Part shown: positions 50,519-60,438 of the stretch, one piece after another
How positions within the stretch are numbered: the stretch's first letter is position 1
How the letters are laid out: each line of letters opens with the position of its first letter
Origin: Candidatus Velesiimonas alkalicola
GTDB lineage: Bacteria; Omnitrophota; Gorgyraeia; Velesiimonadales; Velesiimonadaceae
Assembly (NCBI GenBank): GCA_013626165.1
Contig: NDHX01000006.1
Span: forward strand, 2,060 to 66,059
Length of the DNA: 64,000 nucleotides
Direction: 5' to 3'
The notes under the pieces: generated by a model
The model's database searches: none
Seen by the model: the letters and a program-made list of their open reading frames with translations, nothing else
Told to the model about the DNA's origin: nothing
Program-made: the position numbers and the translations under genes

Positions 50519-51422
50519 TGTGAAATAAAATTACCCGACCAAGTATATTGAATAAAATTGTCACTATCAGAAGGATAAATGCTACCAGAAGCAGCGCCGA
50601 ATCGTATAAAGGTATAGACATCATCTCGCCGTAAGTATTTGCAATAAGTGCAGGTAAAGGATAGACAGGATCAAAAATTGATTTAGGAAATATGTGCATA
50701 GCACATCCGGCGACCATCAAGACAGCCATTGTTTCGCCAAAAGCCCTGGATAACCCTAAAATTACTGCTGCAATAATGCCTGAACGCACTTTTCTTAAGA
50801 CGACAAACCTTGTTGTCTGCCACTGTGTGGCACCTAAAGACAATGATGCCTCTCTCATCTCAACAGGAACTGCTCCGATTACTTCTTCAACAACGGAAAT
50901 AATTAAGGGGAAAACCATCACTGCCAAAACGATACCGGCGGTTAAAGCGGTAAAACCGGTATAATTATTGGAGCGAAACGGAAAAAACGGCAATCCCTCG
51001 CTGAAAAAAGGCATAAGATAGTCCCGCACCAACGGCACGATGGCAATCATCCCCCAAACGCCGTAGACAACCGGCGAAATTCCTGCTAATAAATCAATTA
51101 TCGGTTTAATAACTTCACGAATCTTTTTCGGCGCATATTCAGAAAGAAAAATTGCTGTCAAAACACTTAAAGGCACCGCAATAACCATTGCAATTACGGT
51201 CACCCAAAAAGTTCCAACAATAAAACTTGCCAGACCGAATTGCCCGGAAGTAGGAGACCATGTTACTGAAAAAAGTATCTCTTTTAAGTTATTTACCGCC
51301 AATACCGGTTTTGACCTCCAATATAAACCAAATACCATCAGAAAAGTAATACTCAAAACAAATAAACAGAATAAAAACATTACTCTCTGCGCAACAATAT
51401 CTTTGAATTTTCTGGCATTCAT
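50499..51422 (-). CDS. pstC: Phosphate ABC transporter permease
   Basis: LAGISPVVYG, SRAFGETMAV. Confidence 0.92.
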   Translation of the reverse strand: MNARKFKDIVAQRVMFLFCLFVLSITFLMVFGLYWRSKPVLAVNNLKEILFSVTWSPTSGQFGLASFIVGTFWVTVIAMVIAVPLSVLTAIFLSEYAPKKIREVIKPIIDLLAGISPVVYGVWGMIAIVPLVRDYLMPFFSEGLPFFPFRSNNYTGFTALTAGIVLAVMVFPLIISVVEEVIGAVPVEMREASLSLGATQWQTTRFVVLRKVRSGIIAAVILGLSRAFGETMAVLMVAGCAMHIFPKSIFDPVYPLPALIANTYGEMMSIPLYDSALLLVAFILLIVTILFNILGRVILFHIERGES

Positions 51423-51562
51423 TTTTTTATCCTAAATTAGCAGGGGGTTCTGTCAAAATCTAACCACAGAGAACACAGAGAATTAACTCTGTGCCCTCTG
51501 TGGTTTATTTTGTGGTCTATTTATCATTTTTCCGTCATTACTGCAAGTTTATTTTACATTTT

Positions 51563-54500
51563 TCAGTAAGCTCCATTTACTATCTTTTTTCTTGAAGACA
51601 TCCAGCTATAAATCACGGGTAAAACAATCAGGGTTAGTAAAGTAGAGGAAACAAGTCCGCCTACTACTACAATGGCTAAGGGTCTCTGTATTTCCGAGCC
51701 CACTCCGGTAGTTATAATTAAGGGGAGTAATCCCAGTACAGTGGTTATCGTAGCCATTAAAACCGCCCTTAATCTTGACAGAGAACCCTCAATTATTACT
51801 TCTTTCAAAACAAGACCTTCTTTTTTTAGATATTCAAAACTCGTTATTAGTACCAAACCGTTTGTCATGGTAATTCCAAAAAGCGCGATAAATCCAATAG
51901 AAGAGGGGATACTCAAATTCTCCCCAAACATAGCAAGGGCAAATATCCCGCCTACCAATGCCAACGGTATGTTCAGTATAATTAAAAGAACATTCTTAAA
52001 TGAATTAAATAAAATGTAAAGGAGCACGAGAATCAGAAACAGGGTAATCGGAACGACAACCGATAATCTCCGGTTTGCTGCCTGATGCAATTCAAATTGT
52101 CCACCCCAGGAAATCCTGTACCCCGAAGGAATGCTTACCGCCTCTGCTATTCTTTTCTGCGCTTCCTCTACAAAACCACCGGCATCCCGTCCTCTGACAT
52201 TACACTGAATGGAGATAAACCGGCGGGCATCTTCACGGGTTACCTGTCTAATGCCGGTAACCGTGCCGATGTCCGCCAGTTGTTCAAGCGGCACATTATA
52301 CCCGGCAGGAGTGCGAACAAGTAGGTTTCTTATTGACTTAATGTCTTTGCGGTAGGGCTCGGCAAATCTAACCGTGATGCCGAATATTTTCTCTTCTTCA
52401 AAAACCTTGCCGACCTCCTCTCCCCCTATGGCGTCGTGGATTGCATGCTGTATCTCGTAAATATTCAGTCCATGACGTGCTACTTCATCACGGTTTATAT
52501 CTATCTGGACCTGGGTTTGGCCAACTACCTGCTCGGTCCTTAAATCAGCCACTCCCTTTATTGTGGAAAGGACTCCTTCTATTTCCGCTGCTTTTTGACG
52601 GAGAATATCAAAATCCAGTCCAAATAGTTTCACTACCACCTGGGTCCCGGCACCGGCTATCAAATCATCAATCTCGTGCTGGATTGGCTGGGAAAAACTG
52701 ATTGAAGCGCCTGGAAAATCAGCAATACGGCGGTCAATTTTGGAAACAAGTTCTTCCTGGGTTTTAACCGTTTTCCACTTATCCCTGGGATATAGGTCAA
52801 CGGTTATACAGGCAAAATTGGTGTGATGTATATGAGGACCAACCTCCCCGTAACCAATGTCGGAAACAACCCGTTTAACCTCTGGAATAGTCAAGATCTC
52901 TTTTTCTAATTTTGTTGCAATACTACTGATTTCTTTCAAGGATATGTTGGGGTCCATATATACTAAGACCTGAATTGTCCCTTCCTGAAGGGTAGGGATG
53001 AACTCTTTGCCAAGCCGGGTAAAAACCAGCCCGCCCAAGACAAGTAGAATAACCATTGTAGAAACAACCAACAAGCGGCGGGGGAGAAAAAACATCAACA
53101 CTGCCCTGTAAAATTTAAGGGCTATGGAAAAAATGGGTTTCTTTTTCTTCTCTTCACTCTTCCTTTTGTGGAGTAAACTGCAAAATGCGGGAGCGACAAT
53201 CAGAGAATAGAGCAAAGAACCGAGCATAGTCATAGTCACCGCAAAAGCCAGCGGTCTAAACATTTTTCCTTCCACACCCCCAAGAGTAAAGATGGGTATA
53301 AAGACAGCAATGATAATAAAAACGGCAAAAAGTATGGGAGGTCCAACTTCTTTACCAGCAGATAAAATCACTCCTGTGACTGAACCGGTATCAGAATTCT
53401 CCTGCAGGGATGATTGGATCTTTTCTACCATTATAATAGTGGCATCAACTATCATACCCAGAGCAATCGCTACTCCCCCAAAAGATATCAGGTCGCCGGG
53501 TATTCCATAGCGGTGCATCAAAATAAATGCCAATAACATTGAAAAAGGCAGTGAAAAGACCACTATTAAGGTATTGCGGAATTTACCCAAAAAAACAAAT
53601 ACAACAAGAGAAACCAAAATAAACCCTAAAGTAAGTGCTTCTCTGACGGTGTGTATACTGCTTTTAACCAGAGAGGACTGGTCGTAGAAAGTAATTATTC
53701 GGACACCGGGAGGTAAGATTTCATTGATCTCTTTTATTCGTTCTTTCAGACGGCCAATCACCTCAAAGGAATTTGCTCCATGAAGTTTATAGACGCTTCC
53801 GGTCACAATCTCCTTTTGACCATCCATAGAGGCAATGCCGCGCCTAAAAGCGGCTCCAAATTCCACCCTTGCCACATCCCTTACATAAACAGGAACTCCA
53901 TCTTCAATACCGATAACAATATTCTCAATATCACTAACGGTTTCAATCAACCCCAAACTTCGGATAATCCATTCTTCACTTCCTTTTTTCATAATACCAG
54001 CGCCTACATTCAGGTTATTTTGCTGAACCGCCTCAATTATATCCTCCATTGTTAAATCGTATTTCAAAAGTTGAGCGGGATATATCTTTATCTGATACTG
54101 TCTAACATTGCCTCCCTGAGTGATAACCTCGGCAACACCGGGCACAGTTTGAATGTCGGGTTTAATAATCCAGTCCTGAAATGTGCGCAAATCAACATTG
54201 CTATATTCGTCCCCTTCAACATAGTAGGAAAGGATTTTCCCCATTCCGCTGGCGATTGGTCCCATTTCCAGACCATGATGTATCTTTAATCCGTCCGGAA
54301 TAGCTTCTTCGGCTACTTTAAGTCTCTCGGAAACAAGTTGCCGGGCAAAGTATATGTCCACATCATCCTCAAAATAGACCTTTACCGTGGAGAGTCCAAA
54401 TGACGAGAGTGAACGGAGCCGTTGGACACCGGGCAGCCCTAACATCGCAACCTCAATTGGTCGGGTAACTAACGCTTCAATCTCTTCGGGAGCTGTTCCT

Positions 54501-54679
54501 TCAACCTCAGCAAATACCTGCACCAGGTTGGGACTGACATCGGGAAAGGCGTCAATAGGCAGCCGGGTAAGGGAGATAAATCCGGCAATACAAATCCCCA
54601 CAAACCCCAGCACTACTAAGAATTTGTGTCTTAATGAAAACTGAATAATTTTCTCAATCATATTCTCTCCTTCAGACAA
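51563..54679 (-). CDS. Heavy-metal efflux RND transporter (CzcA/CusA family)
   Basis: LPIDAFPDVS, GMIVDATIIMVE, EGKMFRPLA, GSEIQRPLA. Confidence 0.94.
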   Translation of the reverse strand: MSEGENMIEKIIQFSLRHKFLVVLGFVGICIAGFISLTRLPIDAFPDVSPNLVQVFAEVEGTAPEEIEALVTRPIEVAMLGLPGVQRLRSLSSFGLSTVKVYFEDDVDIYFARQLVSERLKVAEEAIPDGLKIHHGLEMGPIASGMGKILSYYVEGDEYSNVDLRTFQDWIIKPDIQTVPGVAEVITQGGNVRQYQIKIYPAQLLKYDLTMEDIIEAVQQNNLNVGAGIMKKGSEEWIIRSLGLIETVSDIENIVIGIEDGVPVYVRDVARVEFGAAFRRGIASMDGQKEIVTGSVYKLHGANSFEVIGRLKERIKEINEILPPGVRIITFYDQSSLVKSSIHTVREALTLGFILVSLVVFVFLGKFRNTLIVVFSLPFSMLLAFILMHRYGIPGDLISFGGVAIALGMIVDATIIMVEKIQSSLQENSDTGSVTGVILSAGKEVGPPILFAVFIIIAVFIPIFTLGGVEGKMFRPLAFAVTMTMLGSLLYSLIVAPAFCSLLHKRKSEEKKKKPIFSIALKFYRAVLMFFLPRRLLVVSTMVILLVLGGLVFTRLGKEFIPTLQEGTIQVLVYMDPNISLKEISSIATKLEKEILTIPEVKRVVSDIGYGEVGPHIHHTNFACITVDLYPRDKWKTVKTQEELVSKIDRRIADFPGASISFSQPIQHEIDDLIAGAGTQVVVKLFGLDFDILRQKAAEIEGVLSTIKGVADLRTEQVVGQTQVQIDINRDEVARHGLNIYEIQHAIHDAIGGEEVGKVFEEEKIFGITVRFAEPYRKDIKSIRNLLVRTPAGYNVPLEQLADIGTVTGIRQVTREDARRFISIQCNVRGRDAGGFVEEAQKRIAEAVSIPSGYRISWGGQFELHQAANRRLSVVVPITLFLILVLLYILFNSFKNVLLIILNIPLALVGGIFALAMFGENLSIPSSIGFIALFGITMTNGLVLITSFEYLKKEGLVLKEVIIEGSLSRLRAVLMATITTVLGLLPLIITTGVGSEIQRPLAIVVVGGLVSSTLLTLIVLPVIYSWMSSRKKIVNGAY

Positions 54680-54681
54680 TT

Positions 54682-55710
54682 TTAATGCGGATGGCCGTGG
54701 GCACCGAAGTCAATAGCCGCTTTCTGGAGTTCAGCTTTCAGGTGAAAACCACCTTTGGTCACTACCTGTTCACCAAGTTTAAGCCCGGCAATCACTTCTG
54801 AAAACTCCTCCCCTGTCGTTCCTAATTTGATTTCCCTCAGTTTGTATCTGTTGTCCCCTATTGGTATGAAAACAATTTCTTTGTTTTCCCATCTTTGTAT
54901 TGCTGAATTGGCAATAGATACCATTTTGTGAGGAGCCGTGTAAATTATATCTCCTGTAACAAACTTACCGAGTTTCAGCGTGTGGTCATAGTTATCAATA
55001 TCTACCCTTATTTTTATAGTTCTTGTTCTCCTGTCAACCCGTGGAGAGATGAATGTTATTTCACCGGGGTAAATCTTGCCGGGATATGCACGGGTTTTCA
55101 CTTTGACTTTTTGTCCCAATTTTACAATGGCTATATCTTTTTCATAGACATCAAAACTTGCTTTCATCGTAGATATATCGGCTATTGTGAAAAGAGAAGT
55201 AAGCATGTCCACTTCTTCTCCCTCAGAAATACGTTGTCCTATAATTAGTGTCCCACTGGGAGATTTTATCTCTTCAATTTTCCCGTCTTTACTGCCTTTG
55301 ACAAGTGCCAGTAAAGTTCCTTTTTCCACATTATCCCCCAAACCAACTTTAACTTCAACTATCTCACCCGGAATATTGGAAGTGACATGGAATAATTTCT
55401 CGCTATCCTGGGCTATCTCTCCGGTAATTCGTAGACTTTTCTTTATATGCCGCATAGCAACCTTATCTGTTTTTAATCCTATCATCTTCTTGCCCCGAGT
55501 AGATATTTGGACAACACCTTCCTCCTCGTGCTCGTGATGAACTCCTTCATCGTGCCTGTGTGGATGTCCCTCTTCAAAACACCAGCAATGGCAGCCCTCT
55601 CCATGTTTATGCGGATGCTCCTCTTCCCTGAATCCTCTCCACACTAATATTCCCACAATTAAACAAACTATACCTACAATTAACAGCCACGGCCAATAAG
55701 ACCTTTTCAT
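54682..55710 (-). CDS. RND periplasmic adaptor (CzcB/CusB) with His/Cys-rich N-terminus
   Basis: TM anchor, HPHKHGEGCHCWC, G..TFISPRVD..TRT, GLKLGEQVVTKG. Confidence 0.9.
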   Translation of the reverse strand: MKRSYWPWLLIVGIVCLIVGILVWRGFREEEHPHKHGEGCHCWCFEEGHPHRHDEGVHHEHEEEGVVQISTRGKKMIGLKTDKVAMRHIKKSLRITGEIAQDSEKLFHVTSNIPGEIVEVKVGLGDNVEKGTLLALVKGSKDGKIEEIKSPSGTLIIGQRISEGEEVDMLTSLFTIADISTMKASFDVYEKDIAIVKLGQKVKVKTRAYPGKIYPGEITFISPRVDRRTRTIKIRVDIDNYDHTLKLGKFVTGDIIYTAPHKMVSIANSAIQRWENKEIVFIPIGDNRYKLREIKLGTTGEEFSEVIAGLKLGEQVVTKGGFHLKAELQKAAIDFGAHGHPH

Positions 55711-55803
55711 AGTTCACCTCCTGTTGTTTTTTCTAAAATCGCCAACTTTGTTTGATGGTCAAGTATAGACATAGTGTACCGTCCCATAAGTCCCTTTACA
55801 TTT

Positions 55804-55884
55804 GTCATTGCGAACAAAGTGAAGCAATCTTGTTTTCTGAACCAAAAAGTGAGATTGCTTCGTTGCATCGCCCCTCGCAATGAC
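55804..55884. repeat. REP-like palindrome pair
   Basis: gtcattgcgaacaaagtgaagcaatct...gagattgcttcg...ctcgcaatgac. Confidence 0.75.
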
Positions 55885-55917
55885 AGCCAAATGTCAAGAA
55901 ACGTTAGGGACACTACA

Positions 55918-56883
55918 CTAGTGCTCGTGATGAACTCCTTCATCGTGCCTGTGTGGATGTCCCTCTTCAAAACACCAGCAATGGCAGCCCTCTCCATGTC
56001 TATGCGGATGTTCCTTTTTTCTTTCAGCTTCAGCAATGGCATAGGCGCCTTTGGTCACAACGCGCTCACCATCGGATAGACCAGACAAAACCTCTACAAA
56101 GTCATTATCTCTGTTGCCCAGTTCCAGATAACGTTTCTCAAAGGTTTCGCCGGCTACCTGGACGAAAGCTACTGGCTTGCCGTTTTCATCAATCAGAGCC
56201 GACTCTGGTACAACCAAGGTCTCCTGTCCTATCGCTTTTCGTCGTCCCACAGGTTCGGCCCTGGTTAGCATTTTCCATTGCTGTTCCTTGAGAAAACTTA
56301 TGCCAGCGATCTCTTTAGGAAATGGAGCACGGTCAACTTCTTCATGGGAACCATATACCTCAAAAGGCGGCAGTTCGACGAGATGATCTTTGCCTTCAAG
56401 GGGGATAACCAGCGACAGACTCCACTCACCAGGTAGTGGAAAAGTTAGTTCTGGAATGTAAATACCGTCTCTAACCGGAGCCCGTGCGATATGCTTGTCC
56501 GGTGTCTCGGAGCCGCGACGCAAAATGAAAGTAACGGGTCCTTTTCCCCGAGGCTTAAGTGTTTGCAGGTCGGAGACATGGGTGATAAATTTGGTTGGTG
56601 TATTTGCCACGATAAATGCATGCTCAAGGAAAATTTCGAATCGCTCGGTCCAAACCGTGACCTGGGACGATTTTTCTGCGCCATGACCAATATGGACAGG
56701 ATGCTCTGCGTCATGTTTGTGTGCATCTTCCTCCTTCCCTTGTTGTTCGAAACAATAGCAATGGCATACCTCTCCGTGTTTATGCGGATGCTCCTCTTCC
56801 CTGAATCCTCTCCACACTAATATTCCCACAATTAAACAAACTATACCTACAATTAACAGCCACGGCCAATAAGACCTTTTCAT
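55918..56883 (-). CDS. Second RND adaptor-like protein lacking central domains, His/Cys-rich at both ends
   Basis: First 38 aa identical to 54682..55710; VVPESALID, GETFEKR, GLSDGERVVTKG. Confidence 0.75.
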   Translation of the reverse strand: MKRSYWPWLLIVGIVCLIVGILVWRGFREEEHPHKHGEVCHCYCFEQQGKEEDAHKHDAEHPVHIGHGAEKSSQVTVWTERFEIFLEHAFIVANTPTKFITHVSDLQTLKPRGKGPVTFILRRGSETPDKHIARAPVRDGIYIPELTFPLPGEWSLSLVIPLEGKDHLVELPPFEVYGSHEEVDRAPFPKEIAGISFLKEQQWKMLTRAEPVGRRKAIGQETLVVPESALIDENGKPVAFVQVAGETFEKRYLELGNRDNDFVEVLSGLSDGERVVTKGAYAIAEAERKKEHPHRHGEGCHCWCFEEGHPHRHDEGVHHEH

Positions 56884-58115
56884 AGTTCACCTCCTGTTGT
56901 TTTTTCTAAAATCGCTAACTTTATTTGATGGTCAAGTATGGACCTAAAATAACTCAATCGAGTCCCTTTGAATGTTGTTAGAACTTCAAGATAGGTTAAA
57001 AAATCGGTTTTTCCTTCCGCATATTGCATCTCAATCAGCCTGATTAATTCGCTTCCTTTCTTTACAGATTTTTCCATCAGTGCCACTTGCCTATCAGATA
57101 AAACAACCTCCCCAAAGGCATTGTTAACTTCTAATTCTATCTGCCTTTTGAGGAAATTTATTTGATATTCTATCTTTTGTGACTCATTTCTTGCCTCTGC
57201 AATCTCACCTTGTTTTCTATACCAGAAAGGTAAAGGTATTCCCAGGGTGACTCCCAATCTCTGTTCTCTGTCTTCCCGTTCTGCCCAAAAACCGACGGAG
57301 GGGTTAGCAAACCTCTCTTTTCTCATCAATTTTACCTCCATATTTTTTGAATCAAGCATCAGTTTTTTAGCCTTAAGGTCTGGCCTGTTTATCAAAGCAT
57401 TTTTTATAAGCGTGTCTAAATCAAACCGCCTCTCTTTATAAACAAATTCATCGGTGCAAACGAATTTATGAGAGACCGATCTCCCGAGTAAAATATTTAA
57501 TTTTGCCTTATTAAGAGAGAGATCTTTTTCGGCTACTAATAACTCATTTTGAGCGTAAAACATCTCAATCTCCGCCCTGAGTAATTCACTCCTTAAAACT
57601 TCTCCAAGATTAAATTTCTCCCGGACTTTATCCAAAAATTTCCTGGTTAGATTTAAAGACTCCTCAGCAAGTTCCTCTATTTTTCTTGCCAACAATATCT
57701 GAGCATATGATTCCTTAACCTTAAAAGAGACCCCCAAGTGGATTAACTCCAACTCACTTTCGTAGATTTTAATCTCATTTCTTGCCATATTTCCCCGGAG
57801 TGTTCTTTTCCCAAAGAGTTCCAATTCTTGACTGACTTCAACTTCTACACCTCCGGAAGGATTTTTCATTACCGTCTCAAGTTCAGGATTAGGATAAGCC
57901 AAAGCCTGAACAACTCTTGCCCTTGCTGATTCAATATTTTTTTCTGCTGTCACTATTTCAGGATTATTTATAAAAGCGATTTTCAATGCCTCTTCCAAAG
58001 AAAGTTTTTCCAACTCTTCCCCTCCGGCTATCTTAATATGGAAGGACATCAATGTTAACACGATAAGAACGACCTTCATCACAACCTCCTCTGGTATAAT
58101 CTTCACCCTAGACAT
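56880..58115 (-). CDS. TolC/CzcC-family outer membrane efflux protein
   Basis: LSLEEAL..A..NNP, PNPEL, RPDL, GIPLPFW. Confidence 0.92.
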   Translation of the reverse strand: MSRVKIIPEEVVMKVVLIVLTLMSFHIKIAGGEELEKLSLEEALKIAFINNPEIVTAEKNIESARARVVQALAYPNPELETVMKNPSGGVEVEVSQELELFGKRTLRGNMARNEIKIYESELELIHLGVSFKVKESYAQILLARKIEELAEESLNLTRKFLDKVREKFNLGEVLRSELLRAEIEMFYAQNELLVAEKDLSLNKAKLNILLGRSVSHKFVCTDEFVYKERRFDLDTLIKNALINRPDLKAKKLMLDSKNMEVKLMRKERFANPSVGFWAEREDREQRLGVTLGIPLPFWYRKQGEIAEARNESQKIEYQINFLKRQIELEVNNAFGEVVLSDRQVALMEKSVKKGSELIRLIEMQYAEGKTDFLTYLEVLTTFKGTRLSYFRSILDHQIKLAILEKTTGGEL

Positions 58116-58139
58116 CCTAGAGCGAATTGGTTAGTAAAT

Positions 58140-58194
58140 TGTTAGATAACGATACATTAAGTATACAACTTAATGTATCGTTAGTCAACACATA
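58140..58194. repeat. Long palindrome, copy 2 (same orientation as 40139-40194)
   Basis: taacgatacattaagtatacaacttaatgtatcgttagtcaacacata identical in both copies. Confidence 0.92.
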
Positions 58195-58227
58195 TTCTTT
58201 CATATTATTTTTGACAGTATCTAGCGG

Positions 58228-58249
58228 GGAGAGGCAAATGCCTCTCCCT
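58228..58249. terminator. GC-rich hairpin downstream of pstS
   Basis: gggagaggca-aa-tgcctctccc; the T-tract lies on the plus strand. Confidence 0.45.
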
Positions 58250-58258
58250 TTGTTTGCT

Positions 58259-59194
58259 TTATTCCATTGCGTTCAAAACTTCTTCTCTTTCCGTCTTTGA
58301 CAGCGACAAACTTGTTTGTATTTCGTCAACAATTTTTGTGCCTTCATCAGAAAGAGCAAACTTAATGAACTCTTTTACTAATCCTTTTGGTTTACCTTTG
58401 ACAAAGAAATAATTTTTTCTTGTCACCGGGTATCTACCTGCACGGATTGCTTTGATTGCGGTTTCACGGTCGTTGTAAATTTCATCCGGGTCAGCGAGAC
58501 CATTTTCATTGGAATCAATTGGAACTAACTTCACACCTTTTACTACTGTCCCTTCCCTTGTAAAGACAAAACTAAAGTTAGAATATCCAATCCCAATTGG
58601 GTCTCTTCTAGATGCTTCAAGTAATCCTGGGTCACCAAATATACCCACACCACGCAAATCTTCTTGCTTCTTACCTAAGTATGCTGCCCAAGTTGCTGCC
58701 GCACCGCAAGAATCAGAGCGGGTATAGACATGGATTGGTCTACCTACCTTCCGTCCAACTACTTCATCCCAAGTAGTAATTATGCCGCTGATATAAATGT
58801 CAATCCAGGTCTGTCTCTTTACACCTTTTTTTAGAAGGTCTTGCAGTACTGGATTTTTATCACTTATCGTTGGATATACTGCATCATGCAAAATGTAAAT
58901 TGGCACTATCCCTTTCTTAATCTCTGCCGGGTCAGGGTCACGAGAGACCATTCCGATATCAACTAATCCGGCAATCGCATCTGCCGCGCCTTTTCCGGCG
59001 CCGCCGGCAGAGACATCAATTCTCACACCGGGGTGTTTTTTCCGGAATGCTTCCGCCCAAGCAACCGCAGTCGGATAAATTGCCCAGGCTCCCGATAACG
59101 TTACCGTTCCTTTGAGTTCTTTTTCCTGACTAAACCCAATTTTTCCGCTTAACAACAAAACAACTATTAATAAAATATTTATCATTTTAGTCAT
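58259..59194 (-). CDS. pstS: Phosphate ABC transporter substrate-binding protein
   Basis: Signal peptide, SAGGAGKG, DIGMVSR, YTRSDSCG. Confidence 0.88.
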   Translation of the reverse strand: MTKMINILLIVVLLLSGKIGFSQEKELKGTVTLSGAWAIYPTAVAWAEAFRKKHPGVRIDVSAGGAGKGAADAIAGLVDIGMVSRDPDPAEIKKGIVPIYILHDAVYPTISDKNPVLQDLLKKGVKRQTWIDIYISGIITTWDEVVGRKVGRPIHVYTRSDSCGAAATWAAYLGKKQEDLRGVGIFGDPGLLEASRRDPIGIGYSNFSFVFTREGTVVKGVKLVPIDSNENGLADPDEIYNDRETAIKAIRAGRYPVTRKNYFFVKGKPKGLVKEFIKFALSDEGTKIVDEIQTSLSLSKTEREEVLNAME

Positions 59195-59307
59195 CTGATT
59201 TCCCTCCGTTTTTTATTTTTCCGATCATCTGCTCATCAATTTTACTATTTTGTTTTATTTCCATATTCTTAAATATTATATTTTGTGATTTTTGGTTTCT
59301 CTACCAC

Positions 59308-60036
59308 TCAAATCCCATCTCCATCTACATTTTTCAAAGGCCGCGTATGGATTCCGCATTCGCCGCCGCATTTGCTTGTGCCAACCCAGCGTCCGGCACG
59401 CTCATTTTCGTCGGTGGTAATTTGCGTGCAGGTAAAACAATCAAGAGAGCGGTAGCCTTCTTGATAAATCGGATTTACCCGCACAGAATATACTGCCAGA
59501 TATTGCCAGACCTCCCGTTCTTTCCAGATTAAAATCGGATTTAATTTAAGCAACCCTTTATCGCGCTCCTCTACCTCTTTATAATCGGTACGGGTGCGGC
59601 CTTCGGTGCAACGTAAACCCGTTACCCAGCAGGTCGCCTCCATCTCTCTAATTGCGCGACTGGTCGGCTCTACCTTTAATAAATCGCAGCATCGGTTTGG
59701 ATCTGTCCGATACAGCCCTTCGGGAATATCCGCATCATTCTTATAGATTTTTAGTTCCGGATATCTTTCAACCTCCTGGAACATAAATTCAATGGTCTCT
59801 TTGTGTTGGAATCTGGTGGTGACAATAAACCCTCTTATTTTGGGGCTGACACGCTTGGCTAGATCCCATACCGCCACTGAATCTTTACCCAGGCTGTTGG
59901 CCACAACCAATCCGTCACCGTAAACTTTTAATGCTTCGGAGATGAGTTCAATTGACCTGTCCACTTTCTGCTTGAAACTCAATGTTTCCACCAACACCTT
60001 CACATCAGCAGTTTTTGCCTTTTCTAACAATCCCAT
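59308..60036 (-). CDS. cysH: APS/PAPS reductase
   Basis: SLGKDS, CCDLLKVEP, TGLR, GYRSLDC..CT, ERAGRW, ECGIH (four Cys suggest the Fe-S APS reductase type). Confidence 0.92.
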   Translation of the reverse strand: MGLLEKAKTADVKVLVETLSFKQKVDRSIELISEALKVYGDGLVVANSLGKDSVAVWDLAKRVSPKIRGFIVTTRFQHKETIEFMFQEVERYPELKIYKNDADIPEGLYRTDPNRCCDLLKVEPTSRAIREMEATCWVTGLRCTEGRTRTDYKEVEERDKGLLKLNPILIWKEREVWQYLAVYSVRVNPIYQEGYRSLDCFTCTQITTDENERAGRWVGTSKCGGECGIHTRPLKNVDGDGI

Positions 60037-60099
60037 TTTAACTTCCTCCTTTTTTGATTATTTTGTCTATTATATTAGTAGACAAATATGGTAAAAAAA

Positions 60100-60428
60100 T
60101 TACGACAGCGCCTTTGCCAAATCATCTTTTAAGTCAATTTTATTTTCAATGCCGACGGATAGACGGATAAGATTTTCTTTTATCCCCCGTTTTGACCTCT
60201 CTTCTGCAGATAGAGAACTGTGAGTCATTTTTGTAGGATAACAGGCGAGCGATTCAACCCCGCCCAGCGACTCCGCCAGCAGGAACAATTTTAATTTTGA
60301 TACGAATTTTTCAACGGCGGGAAAGCCGCCTTTTATCTCAAAACTTATCATCCCTCCGAAACCGCTCATCTGTTTTTTTGCAAGATTATATTGTTTACTA
60401 CCCGGCAATCCCGGATAATAGACTCGTT
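60100..60428 (-). pseudogene. 3' fragment of a cystathionine gamma-synthase/lyase gene
   Basis: RVYYPGLP...FGGMISF...AESLGGVESL...IRLSVGIE; no N-terminus. Confidence 0.85.
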
Positions 60429-60438
60429 GTCGGGCTGA

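Noticed and set aside
55707-56042. 111-aa ORF ending LAILEKTTGGEL
   Set aside because: Patchwork of an off-frame His-motif repeat, a REP palindrome and the duplicated tolC 3' end; not a coherent gene
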